From contig OZ024745.1 in assembly GCA_964016885.1 (NCBI GenBank), positions 79,298,001 to 79,362,000 on the forward strand: a stretch of DNA of 64,000 nt, given 5' to 3'. Position 1 is the stretch's first letter. Each line of letters begins with the position of its first letter. Position numbers and translations under genes: made by a program. Below, piece after piece: positions 18,886 through 30,525 of this stretch. The DNA is from Eledone cirrhosa. Lineage: Eukaryota. The notes under the pieces are model-generated. The model ran no database searches and was not told the origin of the DNA. It worked only from the letters and a program-made list of their open reading frames with translations.

Positions 18886-21800
18886 TCATCATCACCGTTT
18901 TACGTCCGTTCTTCCACGCTCGCATGGGTTAGACGGGTTGTCCTGTTGTGGGCAGTGTCTGGTCGGCTGACCATGCCTTGCTCATACAGGAACTGATCTG
19001 GCTTGATTTCTACAGCTGGATGCCCTTCCTAACACCAACCTCATTTACAGTGAGTGCTGGGTGCTTTTTCGTGGCGCCTACACGTCCACTTTACAGTGTG
19101 GGCTGGGTGCTTTTTTGCCGTGCCACCTCCACGACCACCTTGCGGTGGGGTGGGGGGGGGGGGGGGGGGCATATTGTTTATATGCTTCAGCATGTACCCA
19201 TGGGAGGTCGGGTACCCTGTATTACTGCGTGACGCCAGAAGTCACGGTCGTGTGTCATTGACTTTGAGAGGTGTAGTTGGGTAAGGTCGGCTTTTATCAC
19301 CTCATCCCAAGTCATCTTGGGTCTCCCCACTCCGCGGTTTCCATCAACTTCTAGTGCTCTGCACCTTTTTATGCAGCTGTCATCCTTCATACGCATCACA
19401 TGTCCATACCAGCGTAACCGCCTCTCCTGCACGCAGCATTTGATTCCTCTTATGCTCAGTCTCTCTCTCAATTCATTTATGCTTTGTCGTTCACGTATAT
19501 TACTGTTACACATCCATCGGAGCATGCAGGCTTCGTTTCTCTCTAATCTACGTAAGTCTTCCACCTTCAGCGCCCAGGTCTCACTACCATGCAACATCGC
19601 TGTTCGGATACACGCATCATACAGTCTGCCTTTCATTCTGAGGGAGAAGCCTTTTGCAGCTAGCAGTGGTAGTAGTTCCCTAAACTTCTTCCATCCCGTT
19701 CTTACCCTAGTTATTGTACTTTCTGAGCACCCACCTCCGTTGCTAATTCGGTCACCTAGGTAGCAGAAGCTGTCTACTGTTTCTACAGGGCCCTCCCAGA
19801 GATTGGTGGTACTTGTTTCCTGTGGCTGTTTGCTTGCTGTTTCAGCACAGCTGCTGCATGTGAATCCTACATTCTTAATTAAGCTTCCTGAGATCCCGCT
19901 ACATCTCTTGTGTACCCATTGTTTGCATTTGGGGCAAAGAATGGAGTTCCTACCTACACCTTTCCTACATACTGAGCAAGGCCATTTCCCTGAGGGGATC
20001 TGGGTTCTGTTTTCTCGTCTACTTATAAGGACCTTAGTCTTTGTCATGTTGACTTTGAGGCCCCTTCTCTCTAGTCCCTGCTTCCAGGTTTGGAATTTAT
20101 TCTCTAGTTCTACCATAGATTCAGCTATGAGTGCGAGGTCATCAGCATACAGGAGTTCCCATGGGCATCCGGTCTTAAACTCCTCCGTTATTGCCTGCAG
20201 GACTATGATGAACAGGAGAGGGCTAAGAACAGAGCCCTGGTGGACCCCAACCTGTACGCTAAATTCCTCGCTATACTCATTGCCAATCCTAACTTTGCTG
20301 ACTGCTCCCCTATACATGGCTTGTACCGCTTTCACAAGCCATTCATCTACTCCTAGTTTTCTAAGAGCCCACCAGATTACTGCACGTGGAACTCTGTCAA
20401 AGGCTTTCTCAAGGTCGACAAATGCCAAGTAGAGTGGCTTACTTTTAGCTAGGTACTTTTCCTGTAATTGCCTCACAAGGAAGAGCGCATCAGTGGTGCC
20501 TTTCCCTGGTACAAACCCAAATTGCATCTCGTCTATATTCACCCGGTCCCTAATCAGCTGTGCTATAACTCTTTCTGTTACTTTCATGACCTGGTCCATC
20601 AACTTTATACCTCTATAGTTTCCTCTATCTAGTGCATCGCCTTTACCTTTGTAGCAGTTGACAATGATGCTACTGCACCAATCTTTTGGTATGGCCCCCT
20701 CTAGTATTACCTGGTTAACGATACGTGTGGTTATAGTGTGACCTACAGACCCAGATGCCTTCAGCATCTCGGCAGCTATACCCGATGGACCGGTTGCCTT
20801 CCCTATCTTCATATCTCTGATTGCCTTACTTACTACGCTGCCGCTGACTTGTACTGCTGGTCCCTCTATAGGGTCTACGTGGGGTAGGGTCTCTTCTTCC
20901 CATGCATTCTCCTCATTTAGTAATCTATCATAATGACTCTTCCATGCATCTTTCTTCTCAGCACTTGTGAGGGCAAGCTCACCTTTATCATTCCGGATAC
21001 ACTTCTCTCCAATGACATCACAACTATCTCTGACACACTGCCTCGCAATCTTGAATACCTCCTGTTTCTGGTCCTCACGTTGTAAAACATGCTTGAATTT
21101 TCTATCCTCTGCTTCCCTCCTAGCTAAGTATACTTGTCGCCTAGCTTCCCTCTTGGTCTCTATGTAATGTACCCTGCTCCCCCCGTTCTTCCATTCTTTC
21201 CATGCCTGTCTCTTGGCCTTGACTGCTTCATCTACCTTATTGTTCCACCACCAAGTCACTCTCCTCCTGCTTGAGGTCTTACTCCAGCCACAAACCTCAT
21301 CCGTCGCCTCTAGTAAGTTATTTTTTAGGAACTCCCAGTTCTCTTCTACGTTAAATGTCTCTATCTGTTCTTCTTTACTGTCGTAGGCGTTGAGTAAAAT
21401 ATCTTTAAATCTGTTACTGGTTGAGGGGACTTTCAGCTTCCAGATCTTTCTTCTCCAGGTTGGCCTCTGTTTCAGGGCTCGTCTAGTTCTGACCGTGAGG
21501 TCGCTGACAACTAAGCTATGTTGGGATGTACATTCCTCACTAGGGAAGGCTTTTGTGCTTACGACCGTCCATCTGTCACGTCCTCTGATGAGGATAAAAT
21601 CTAACTGACTAGAGTGCTCCCCTGATCTATAGGTGATCAGGTGGTTGTCGGGTTTTTTAAAGTTTGTGTTACATATCGACATGTCATTGGCGTCGCAGAA
21701 TTCTAGAAGTCTGAATCCTTCCTCATTCCTTGTGCCAACTCCATGGCCTCCATGTACTCTATTGAAGCCGTCGCAGTGTTTACCTACGTGTCCGTTAAAA

Positions 21801-22929
21801 TCTCCTGCAATGATTAGGAAGTCCTTGTCGTCTGTTAGAGCAGTAGTGTGTATTAGGGACTCGTAAAACCTATCCTTAAGTTCGTCTGGCAGCCCCGATT
21901 GGGGTGCGTAAGCTGATATTATTGTGGTAATTGTCTTATTCAGGACTAGTCTGAGTTTAATGATTCTTGCATTTACCCTGTACACTGAGATTACTTTATC
22001 TACCCACTTGTCAGCTAATAGTATACCTACACCACCCATCCCATCGTCATTTCCCACCCAGAAAAATTTGTAGCACTGGCTTTTTCCTACAAGGACTCTA
22101 GCAGACCCTCCTCTCCATCTAGTCTCTTGCACACAGCATACATCAACTTCCTTTCGCTCTAGCATTTCTACGATTTCTCCTGCTCTTCCTTTCATTGAGC
22201 CTACATTGATGGTACCAACTCGGAGTTTTGGGCATTTGTCGACACTCGTAGGGGAGGGTCTCTGGGTTGGCGCTTCACGTGGGTGCTTGGTAGCTCGCAG
22301 ATTCATATTTCATCTATTGATTCAGAGTTGCTCGTGTATTCCCAGCTCATCCATCCATAACGGTGGGAAAATTGAGGGCTAGAAGGACAGTGGTGGTGGG
22401 GTAATGGCAGGGTGTGTTGGGATGCGCCAGAGGAGGAGAGAGTTAGTTAGGCAGGTAGTAGCAGCAGCAGCAGTGGAAATGGCATGCTAGGTTTGATTGG
22501 TCGAATAGACTATGGTGGTGTGTGGGAGTGGGGGGGGGAGGGAAATTGTGAGGTAGGAACTGAGGGTCGCATGGTAAATATCCAAGTTAATACTACATCA
22601 GTAAAATTAACAATAATAACGTCATGAAAAAAGCTACTAAGAGAAACCCTCGAAAATTTATCGCTAATACAGCAGGGAAAATTTAACGCTAATACAGCAG
22701 GGAACATCATAATATTAACGACAATATGTAGGCTAAAATACCTTCGTAGATTAGATGGATGGCTGGCTGGGAAAATTGGAATCAGCTCTAGTGATACATT
22801 TTAGCAGAGAAGAATGGGAAAGTGTCTTATCTCTTCAATATTTTCAGATTGAATGAATTAGGTTAAAGACAGGGTAGTAAGCCTTAAAGAAGTGCATAGA
22901 GAGGGGGGGGTAGGAACTGAGGGTCGCAT
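18886..22929 (-). mobile_element. Full-length RTE-clade LINE, family A1 (~4.0 kb)
   Basis: About 620-nt 5' leader, one long ORF, ~300-nt 3' UTR and (GAT)n tail, with microsatellite on both sides. Confidence 0.93.
19187..22306 (-). CDS. Intact 1039-aa LINE protein: APE endonuclease, reverse transcriptase and PHD-type finger
   Basis: APE motifs GTINVG, VQETRW, SAYAPQ, GDFNGHVG, LDFIL, SQH. RT motifs NYRGIKL, QFGF, FVDLEKAFD, GVHQGSVLSP, YADD, YLG. No stops or frameshifts. Confidence 0.97.
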   Translation of the reverse strand: MNLRATKHPREAPTQRPSPTSVDKCPKLRVGTINVGSMKGRAGEIVEMLERKEVDVCCVQETRWRGGSARVLVGKSQCYKFFWVGNDDGMGGVGILLADKWVDKVISVYRVNARIIKLRLVLNKTITTIISAYAPQSGLPDELKDRFYESLIHTTALTDDKDFLIIAGDFNGHVGKHCDGFNRVHGGHGVGTRNEEGFRLLEFCDANDMSICNTNFKKPDNHLITYRSGEHSSQLDFILIRGRDRWTVVSTKAFPSEECTSQHSLVVSDLTVRTRRALKQRPTWRRKIWKLKVPSTSNRFKDILLNAYDSKEEQIETFNVEENWEFLKNNLLEATDEVCGWSKTSSRRRVTWWWNNKVDEAVKAKRQAWKEWKNGGSRVHYIETKREARRQVYLARREAEDRKFKHVLQREDQKQEVFKIARQCVRDSCDVIGEKCIRNDKGELALTSAEKKDAWKSHYDRLLNEENAWEEETLPHVDPIEGPAVQVSGSVVSKAIRDMKIGKATGPSGIAAEMLKASGSVGHTITTRIVNQVILEGAIPKDWCSSIIVNCYKGKGDALDRGNYRGIKLMDQVMKVTERVIAQLIRDRVNIDEMQFGFVPGKGTTDALFLVRQLQEKYLAKSKPLYLAFVDLEKAFDRVPRAVIWWALRKLGVDEWLVKAVQAMYRGAVSKVRIGNEYSEEFSVQVGVHQGSVLSPLLFIIVLQAITEEFKTGCPWELLYADDLALIAESMVELENKFQTWKQGLERRGLKVNMTKTKVLISRRENRTQIPSGKWPCSVCRKGVGRNSILCPKCKQWVHKRCSGISGSLIKNVGFTCSSCAETASKQPQETSTTNLWEGPVETVDSFCYLGDRISNGGGCSESTITRVRTGWKKFRELLPLLAAKGFSLRMKGRLYDACIRTAMLHGSETWALKVEDLRRLERNEACMLRWMCNSNIRERQSINELRERLSIRGIKCCVQERRLRWYGHVMRMKDDSCIKRCRALEVDGNRGVGRPKMTWDEVIKADLTQLHLSKSMTHDRDFWRHAVIQGTRPPMGTC

Positions 22930-24727
22930 ATATACACATATATATACATATACACATATATATACATATACACATATATATACATATACACATATATATA
23001 TACATATACACATATACATACATATACATACATATACATATACATACATATATATATATATACATACATACATACATACATATATATATACATACATACA
23101 TATACATACATATATACATACATACATATATATACATATATACATACATACATATATATACATATATACATACATACATATATATACATATATACATACA
23201 TACATATATATACATACATACATATACATATACATACATACATATACATATATACATACATATACATATATACATACATATACATATATACATACATACA
23301 TATATATACATATATACATACATACATATATATACATATATACATACATACATATATATACATATATACATACATACATATATATACATATATACATACA
23401 TACATATATATACATACATACATATATATACATACATACATATATATACATATATACATACATACATATATATACATACATACATATATATACATATATA
23501 CATACATACATATATATACATACATACATACATATACATACATATATATACATACATACATATATATACATATATACATACATATACATATATACATACA
23601 TATACATATATACATACATATACATATATACATACATATACATATATACATACATATACATATATACATACATACATATATACATACATACATATATACA
23701 TACATACATATATATACATATATACATACATATACATATACATACATATACATATATACATATATATACATATATATACATATATATACATATATATACA
23801 TACATACATATATATACATATATACATATATATACATATATACATACATACATATATATACATATATACATACATACATATATACATATATACATACATA
23901 CATACATATACATACATACATATACATACATACATACATATATATACATACATATACATACATACATACATATATATACATATATACATAATATATACAT
24001 ATATACATATCATACATATATATACATACATACATACATATATATACATACATACATACATATATATACATACATACATATATATACATACATACATACA
24101 TATACATACATACATACATACATATATATACATATATACATATATATACATATATACATATATACATATATACATATATATACATATATACATACATATA
24201 TATACATATATACATATATATACATATATATACATATATACATATATATACATATATATACATATATACATATATATACATATATATACATATATACATA
24301 TATATACATATATACACATATATACATATATATACATATATACATATATATACATATATACATATATATACATATATACATATATATACATATATACATA
24401 TATACATATATATACATATACATATATATACATATATACATATATATACATATATACATACATATATACATATATACATACATATATACATATATACATA
24501 CATATATACATATATATATACATACATACATATATATACATACATACATATATATACATACATACATATATATACATACATACATACATATACATACATA
24601 CATACATATACATACATACATACATATACATACATACATACATATACATACATACATACATATACATACATACATATACATACATACATACATATACATT
24701 CATACATACATATACATACATACATAC

Positions 24728-24768
<41 letters not shown>

Positions 24769-25247
24769 CATATATATACATACATACATATATATACATA
24801 CATACATATATATACATACATACATATATATACATACATACATATATATACATACATACATATATATACATACATACATATATATACATACATACATACA
24901 TACACATACATACATATATATATACATACATACATACATATACATACATACATATACATACATATATATACATACATACATATACATACATACATTTATA
25001 TACATACATACATATACATACATACATATACATACATATATATACATACATACATATACATACATATATATACATACATACATATATATACATATATATA
25101 CATATACATATACATACATATATATACATATACATATATATACATATATATACATATACATACATATACATATACATACATATATACATATACATACATA
25201 TATATACATATACATACATATATATACATATACATACATATATATAC

Positions 25248-25280
<33 letters not shown>

Positions 25281-25292
25281 CGATATACATAC

Positions 25293-25323
<31 letters not shown>

Positions 25324-25325
25324 GT
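22930..25325. repeat. (TACA)n-rich compound microsatellite
   Basis: Direct reading. Confidence 0.98.
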
Positions 25326-25460
25326 ATATAAGGGAGAGGATTAGGAGTGTGTAACACTCCACTTATCCAATAGGCAGTATAAGGTTAGCTCGATGTCTGA
25401 GGACAGAGCCGTAATATAATTAACAACAAAGAACGCTTAGAACATAGGTATATCTTTAAT

Positions 25461-25506
25461 TGCTAACAGTGTTTCGTCCACACTATAAGTGGGACTCATC
25501 AGAGCA
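25461..25506 (-). ncRNA. Type-I hammerhead ribozyme motif with minimal stem III
   Basis: Minus strand TGCT-CTGATGA-GTCCCAC-TTATA-GTGTGGAC-GAAAC-ACT-GT-T-AGCA. Canonical core, G-C closed stem II, 4-bp stem I and GUU triplet. Confidence 0.85.
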
Positions 25507-26679
25507 TAAAGAGTGAGTACATATTACACAAGCATTAACAAAGCCAAGACAGAAGAATATATATGGGGATGCCATAAGTTGGGAGGAGTTTAAAGAGTGA
25601 ATAGAGTGAGATAGTGTAGAAAATAAAATTGGAGGATAAAGAATAGTAAAAAGTAAAAAAATAAACATTGAAGAAATAAAAAATAAACATTGAAAAATAA
25701 GCATTGAAAAATAAGAGGTGCTATCACTCGCAGTTGGGCAGGGTGCTGTTAACATACAGTTACATACAAGCATACGCATAAGCATGAGCACCCGCATGCA
25801 ACCACACAACAGGCAGCCATATGCAACACATATAGTATAGACTAATACAAATAACATATCATGGACTAGTATGCAAAAGCTAGGAGATAAATGGTAGATA
25901 TACAATGGGTAAAAGTAAGATAAACAAAGGATAAAAATAGATTAACCATAGATAAAAAATAGATTAACCATGGATAAGAGATAGAGAATAGATAAGGAAT
26001 AGACAAAAATAGATAAGATAGATAAGAGTAGATAAAAATAGATAAAAAATAGACAAATAATATATATAAAAAATATATATAAAATATACAGATAATAAAG
26101 ATAAAGGGTAAAGAATAAAATAAAATAAAATTATATAAAATAAAATACAATGAAATAAAATAAAATAAAGTAAAGTGAGATAAGATATATATTTTTTGAA
26201 TATATCAGGGGCACATGAACGCCTTAAGTGTTACAGTTAGCCATATCACAACAATCAAATGCTCAAATGAGATTTATAATTAACAGGTGCTATGTCCACA
26301 CTCGATTGAGTTGACCATTGCAATGCAATGGAGACATCCCAGGTTGGGCAGTCACAGAAGTTCACACTCTAAAGTCACGGGTGTGCATTCATATAGTTGA
26401 GCGGTGGGGCAATCACAAAAGGTTCACACTCTGGCAGGAATCTATTGGTCAACAGAAGTATATCCACATCACTAGCAAGGACATATGCAAGGAAGGTAGG
26501 TAAATTCACATGCAGCAGCAGGAACATCCATGGGCAGATAACTGAGTGTCACAACGTCACAAGGTAGCAAGCAAATTCGTTTACATCAACATGAACATTA
26601 AGAGGCAGATAAGTGGGCCGAAAGCAAGCAAATACAGTTGGGTTAGGCGGGTTAATATGCATAACCCACCTAACCCAAC

Positions 26680-26760
26680 TGTATTTGCTTGCTTTCGGCT
26701 AGCCCGCCTGTATTTGCTTGCTTTCGGCTAGCCCGCCTGCACTTGCTTGTTTTCGGCCCA
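26680..26760 (+). repeat. 29-bp tandem repeat (2 exact copies plus 1 degenerate) in the right arm only
   Basis: TGTATTTGCTTGCTTTCGGCTAGCCCGCC twice, then TGCACTTGCTTGTTTTCGGCCCAC. Confidence 0.9.
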
Positions 26761-27959
26761 CTTATCTGCCTCTTGATGTTCATGTTGATGTAAACGAATT
26801 TGCTTGCTACCTTGTGACGTTGTGACACTCAGTTATCTGCCCATGGATGTTCCTGCTGCTGCATGTGAATTTACCTACCTTCCTTGCATATGTCCTTGCT
26901 AGTGATGTGGATATACTTCTGTTGACCAATAGATTCCTGCCCGAGTGTGAACACCTTTTTTGTGATTGCCCCACTGCTCAACTATATGAATGCACACCCG
27001 TGACTTTAGAGTGTGAACTTCTGTGACTGCCCAACCTGGGATGTCTCCATTGCATTGCAATGGTTAACTCAATCGAGTGTGGACATAGCACCTGTTAATT
27101 ATAAATCTCATTTGAGCATTTGATTGTTGTGATATGGCTAACTGTAACACTTAAGGCGTTCGTGTGCCCCTGATATATTCAAAAAATATATATCTTATCT
27201 CACTTTACTTTATTTTATTTTATTTCATTGTATTTTATTTTATATAATTTTATTTTATTTTATTCTTTACCCTTTATCTTTATTATCCGTATATTTTATA
27301 TATATTTTTTATATATATTATATATATTATTTGTCTATTTTTTATCTATTTTTATCTACTCTTATCTATCTTATCTATTTTTGTCTATTCCTTATCTATT
27401 CTCTATCTCTTATCCATGGTTAATCTATTTTTTATCTATGGTTAATCTATTTTTATCCTTTGTTTATCTTACTTTTACCCATTGTATATCTACCATTTAT
27501 CTCTTAGCTTTTGCATAATCGTCCATGATAGGTTATTTGTATTAGTCTATACTATATGTGTTGCATATGGCTGCCTGTTGTGTGGGTGCATGCGGGTGCT
27601 CATGCTTAGGCTGGTAGGTAACGGTATGTTAACAGCACCCTGCCCAACTGCGAGTGATAGCACCTCTTATTTTCAATGTTGATGTGTGGATGTCGGCTAT
27701 GGGTTGTGGAGGTTTAGGGGGTCGTGGAGGTCCGCAGAATTGGGGTGGGGAGGACTAGTGAGCTCGCGTGGCACTCGACTCGGGTTAACTCCGCACAACT
27801 TAGTGGGCATGCCCCATGATATAGTCTGAGGGGCGGGGACGGGGGGTAGGCGGGTGTAATATGTACCACTCTGGTATGCTCGGTGATGAGCCCACTTAGT
27901 GTGGGACGAACACTGTTAGGGGCAGATTAGATTTACCGATGTCGAGAGGGGGGGCGTTG

Positions 27960-30525
27960 GCTTGTGTGTGTATAGTATATACATAGTATATAGTATGACA
28001 TACAGTACAGTATGACATACATACACATAGTAGAGTAGTAGTATAGTACATACATACAGTACACAGTATAGTACATGTCATAGTATACAGTACTCATGAG
28101 TGATACAGTACTGTATACAGTACATAGAGTACAGTACATACATACGTATGTATATGTGTGCTGTGTCATGTATGTATGTATATGGGTGTGTGTGTATGTA
28201 GTATGTATATGTGTGTGTGTATGTATGTATGTATATGTGTGTGTGTATGTATGTATGTATCTGTGTGTGTGTAAGTATGTATGTATATGTGTGTGTGTAT
28301 GTATGTATGTATAATGTCGTGTTGTCAGTACACAGTATGTATATATAGTGTGTGTGTGTATGTATGATATAGTATATGATATATGAGTACATCAGTACTG
28401 TATATATATATAGAGTAGACGAGTATATATAGTACTTACATATATGAGTATGAGTGTAGTATGTATATACTGACATATCGAGTCAAGTATAGTAGTATAG
28501 TATGACATACATATAGTGTGTGAGTGATATGTATAGTATGACATACTGTAGTGAGTGTACTAGTATGTATAAGTATAGTGAGCTGTACTGTACTGTACTG
28601 TATATATAGTGAGTTGTCGTGTAATGTACTGTATGTATATAGTGTGAAGTGTGTGTATGTATGTATGATATGTTGTGTGGTGTCTGTATGTATATATAGT
28701 TAGTGTAGTACAGTACTGTATATAGTGTGAGTAGTGTATGTATGTGATGTATATAGTATAGTAGTACTGACATAGTAGTGTGTGTGTGTATGTATGATAT
28801 GAGTGTGTGTGTATGTATGTATATGTGTGTAGTGTATGTATGTACATACTATATAGTAGTGAGTGAGTACTGTACTGTATATGTATAGGATGTGTGTTGT
28901 ATGTATATGTATGTGTGTGTGTATGTCATGTATATAGTGTAGAGTACAGTACTGTACTAGTATATGAGTAGAGTATGTCATAGTATGCTATATGTGTGTG
29001 TGTATGTATGATACATGTGAGTGAGTATATGTATGTATACATACATACACATATAGTATATAGATACGTGCTGTGTGTATGTATGTATATAGTGTGTGTG
29101 TGTGTATGTATGTAATACTGCTGTGTGTGTAGTATGACATGTATACTATATAGTATAGTATACAGTACGATATAGAGTGAGTATGTATGTACATACTGTG
29201 TGTGTGTGTGTATGTATGTATCATGTGTGTGTGTGTGTAAGTATGACATATGAGAGTGATCAGTAGTATACATATGTATATAGAGTGATATGTGTATGTA
29301 TGTATCATGTGTGTGTGTGTGTACAGTATGTCCATGTGTGTGTGTCGGAGTACTGTATGTATATATAGAGTAGTGAGTATGTATGTATATATGTGTGTGT
29401 GTGTATGTCAATGTATATGTGGTGTGTGTGTGTATGTAAGTACTTATATGAGTGAGTGTATGATATGTATAATGAGTGAGCTGTACAGACACAGTATATA
29501 GTATGAGTACATACGATACAGTAGTATAGTATATGACAGTACTGTATCAGTATAGTATATATACAGTCATAGAGTAGTATAGTATAGCTACAGTACATAG
29601 TATATATATATACATACATACACATATATATATATACATACATACACAGTGAGTGTGTGTATGTATGTATATGTGTGTGTGTGTGTATGTATGTATAAGT
29701 GTGTGTGTGTGTCATGTATAGTATATATATTATACATACATACTACATATATAGTGAGTGTGTACTGTACTGTAGACATATGTGTGTGTGTGTGTATGCT
29801 ACATAGTATATGAGTGATAGTAGAGTACTGTACTGTATATGTGATAGTGTGAGTACTGTAATGTCTATGAGAGTGATATAGTAGTCATACATACTCAGTA
29901 TAGTATAGTATACAGTACAGTCACATATAGAGTAGTAGTATACAGTACTGTCATATGAGTGATGTGTGTGTATGTATGTATACTTGTGGTGTGTGTGTAT
30001 GTATGTATATGTGTGTGTGTGTGTATGTATAGTACATACAGTAGCTCAGTGAGTGATAGTATAGTACTGTACATAGCACGATAGTAGAGTAGTATGTATA
30101 CTCAGTGAGTGTGAGTATAGTATGTACATAGAGCTGTGTGTACTGTATGTATTCTGTGTGTGGAGTATATATAGTATATGAGCTGTGTGTGTGTATGTAT
30201 GTATATGTGTGTACAGTAGTATAGTATATAGTACATGAGTAGTAGTATGATATACTTACACTGATATATATGTATATATGAGTATGTATGTATAGTGTAG
30301 TGTGGTATAGTACTGTATATAGTATAGTATACATAGCACAGTATATATATATAGTATCTGTATAAGGTGTGAGTGTATGTATGTATAATGTGTGTGTGTG
30401 TATGTATGTATATGTGTGTGTGTGTATGTATGTCCATACAGCTGATATATAATATTATATAGATATGTGTGTGTGTATGTATGTATCTATAGTGTGTTGT
30501 GCTCGAAGTACTCACATAGTGATAG
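27960..30525. repeat. Degenerate or noisy (TA/TG)-rich low-complexity tract
   Basis: Broken purine/pyrimidine alternation with many AGT/GTA words; G-type polarity. Confidence 0.85.

Larger units (their letters stand above)
25430..27940. repeat. Large inverted repeat centred at about 26659
   Basis: About 25700-26654 is the near-perfect reverse complement of about 26662-27678. Homology continues in degraded form to about 27940, including a corrupted hammerhead copy at about 27876-27920. Confidence 0.95.

Noticed and set aside
26640-26676. GGGTTAGG/CCTAACCC telomere-like words at the palindrome centre
   Set aside because: Only about one TTAGGG-like unit per arm; insufficient for a telomere fusion or telomere-targeting claim.
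26680-26760. 29-bp direct repeats resembling a CRISPR repeat length
   Set aside because: Head-to-tail with no spacers, no cas genes, eukaryotic context.
26761-27098. Cys-rich plus-strand frame interrupted only by two TGA codons (selenoprotein-like?)
   Set aside because: No recognisable homology or SECIS, and the mirrored left arm has a frame-breaking indel; likely chance.
27876-27920. Fourth hammerhead on the + strand
   Set aside because: The core is corrupted (CGGTGATGA, GAAC); it is the degraded mirror of 25461-25506 and possibly a sequencing error.
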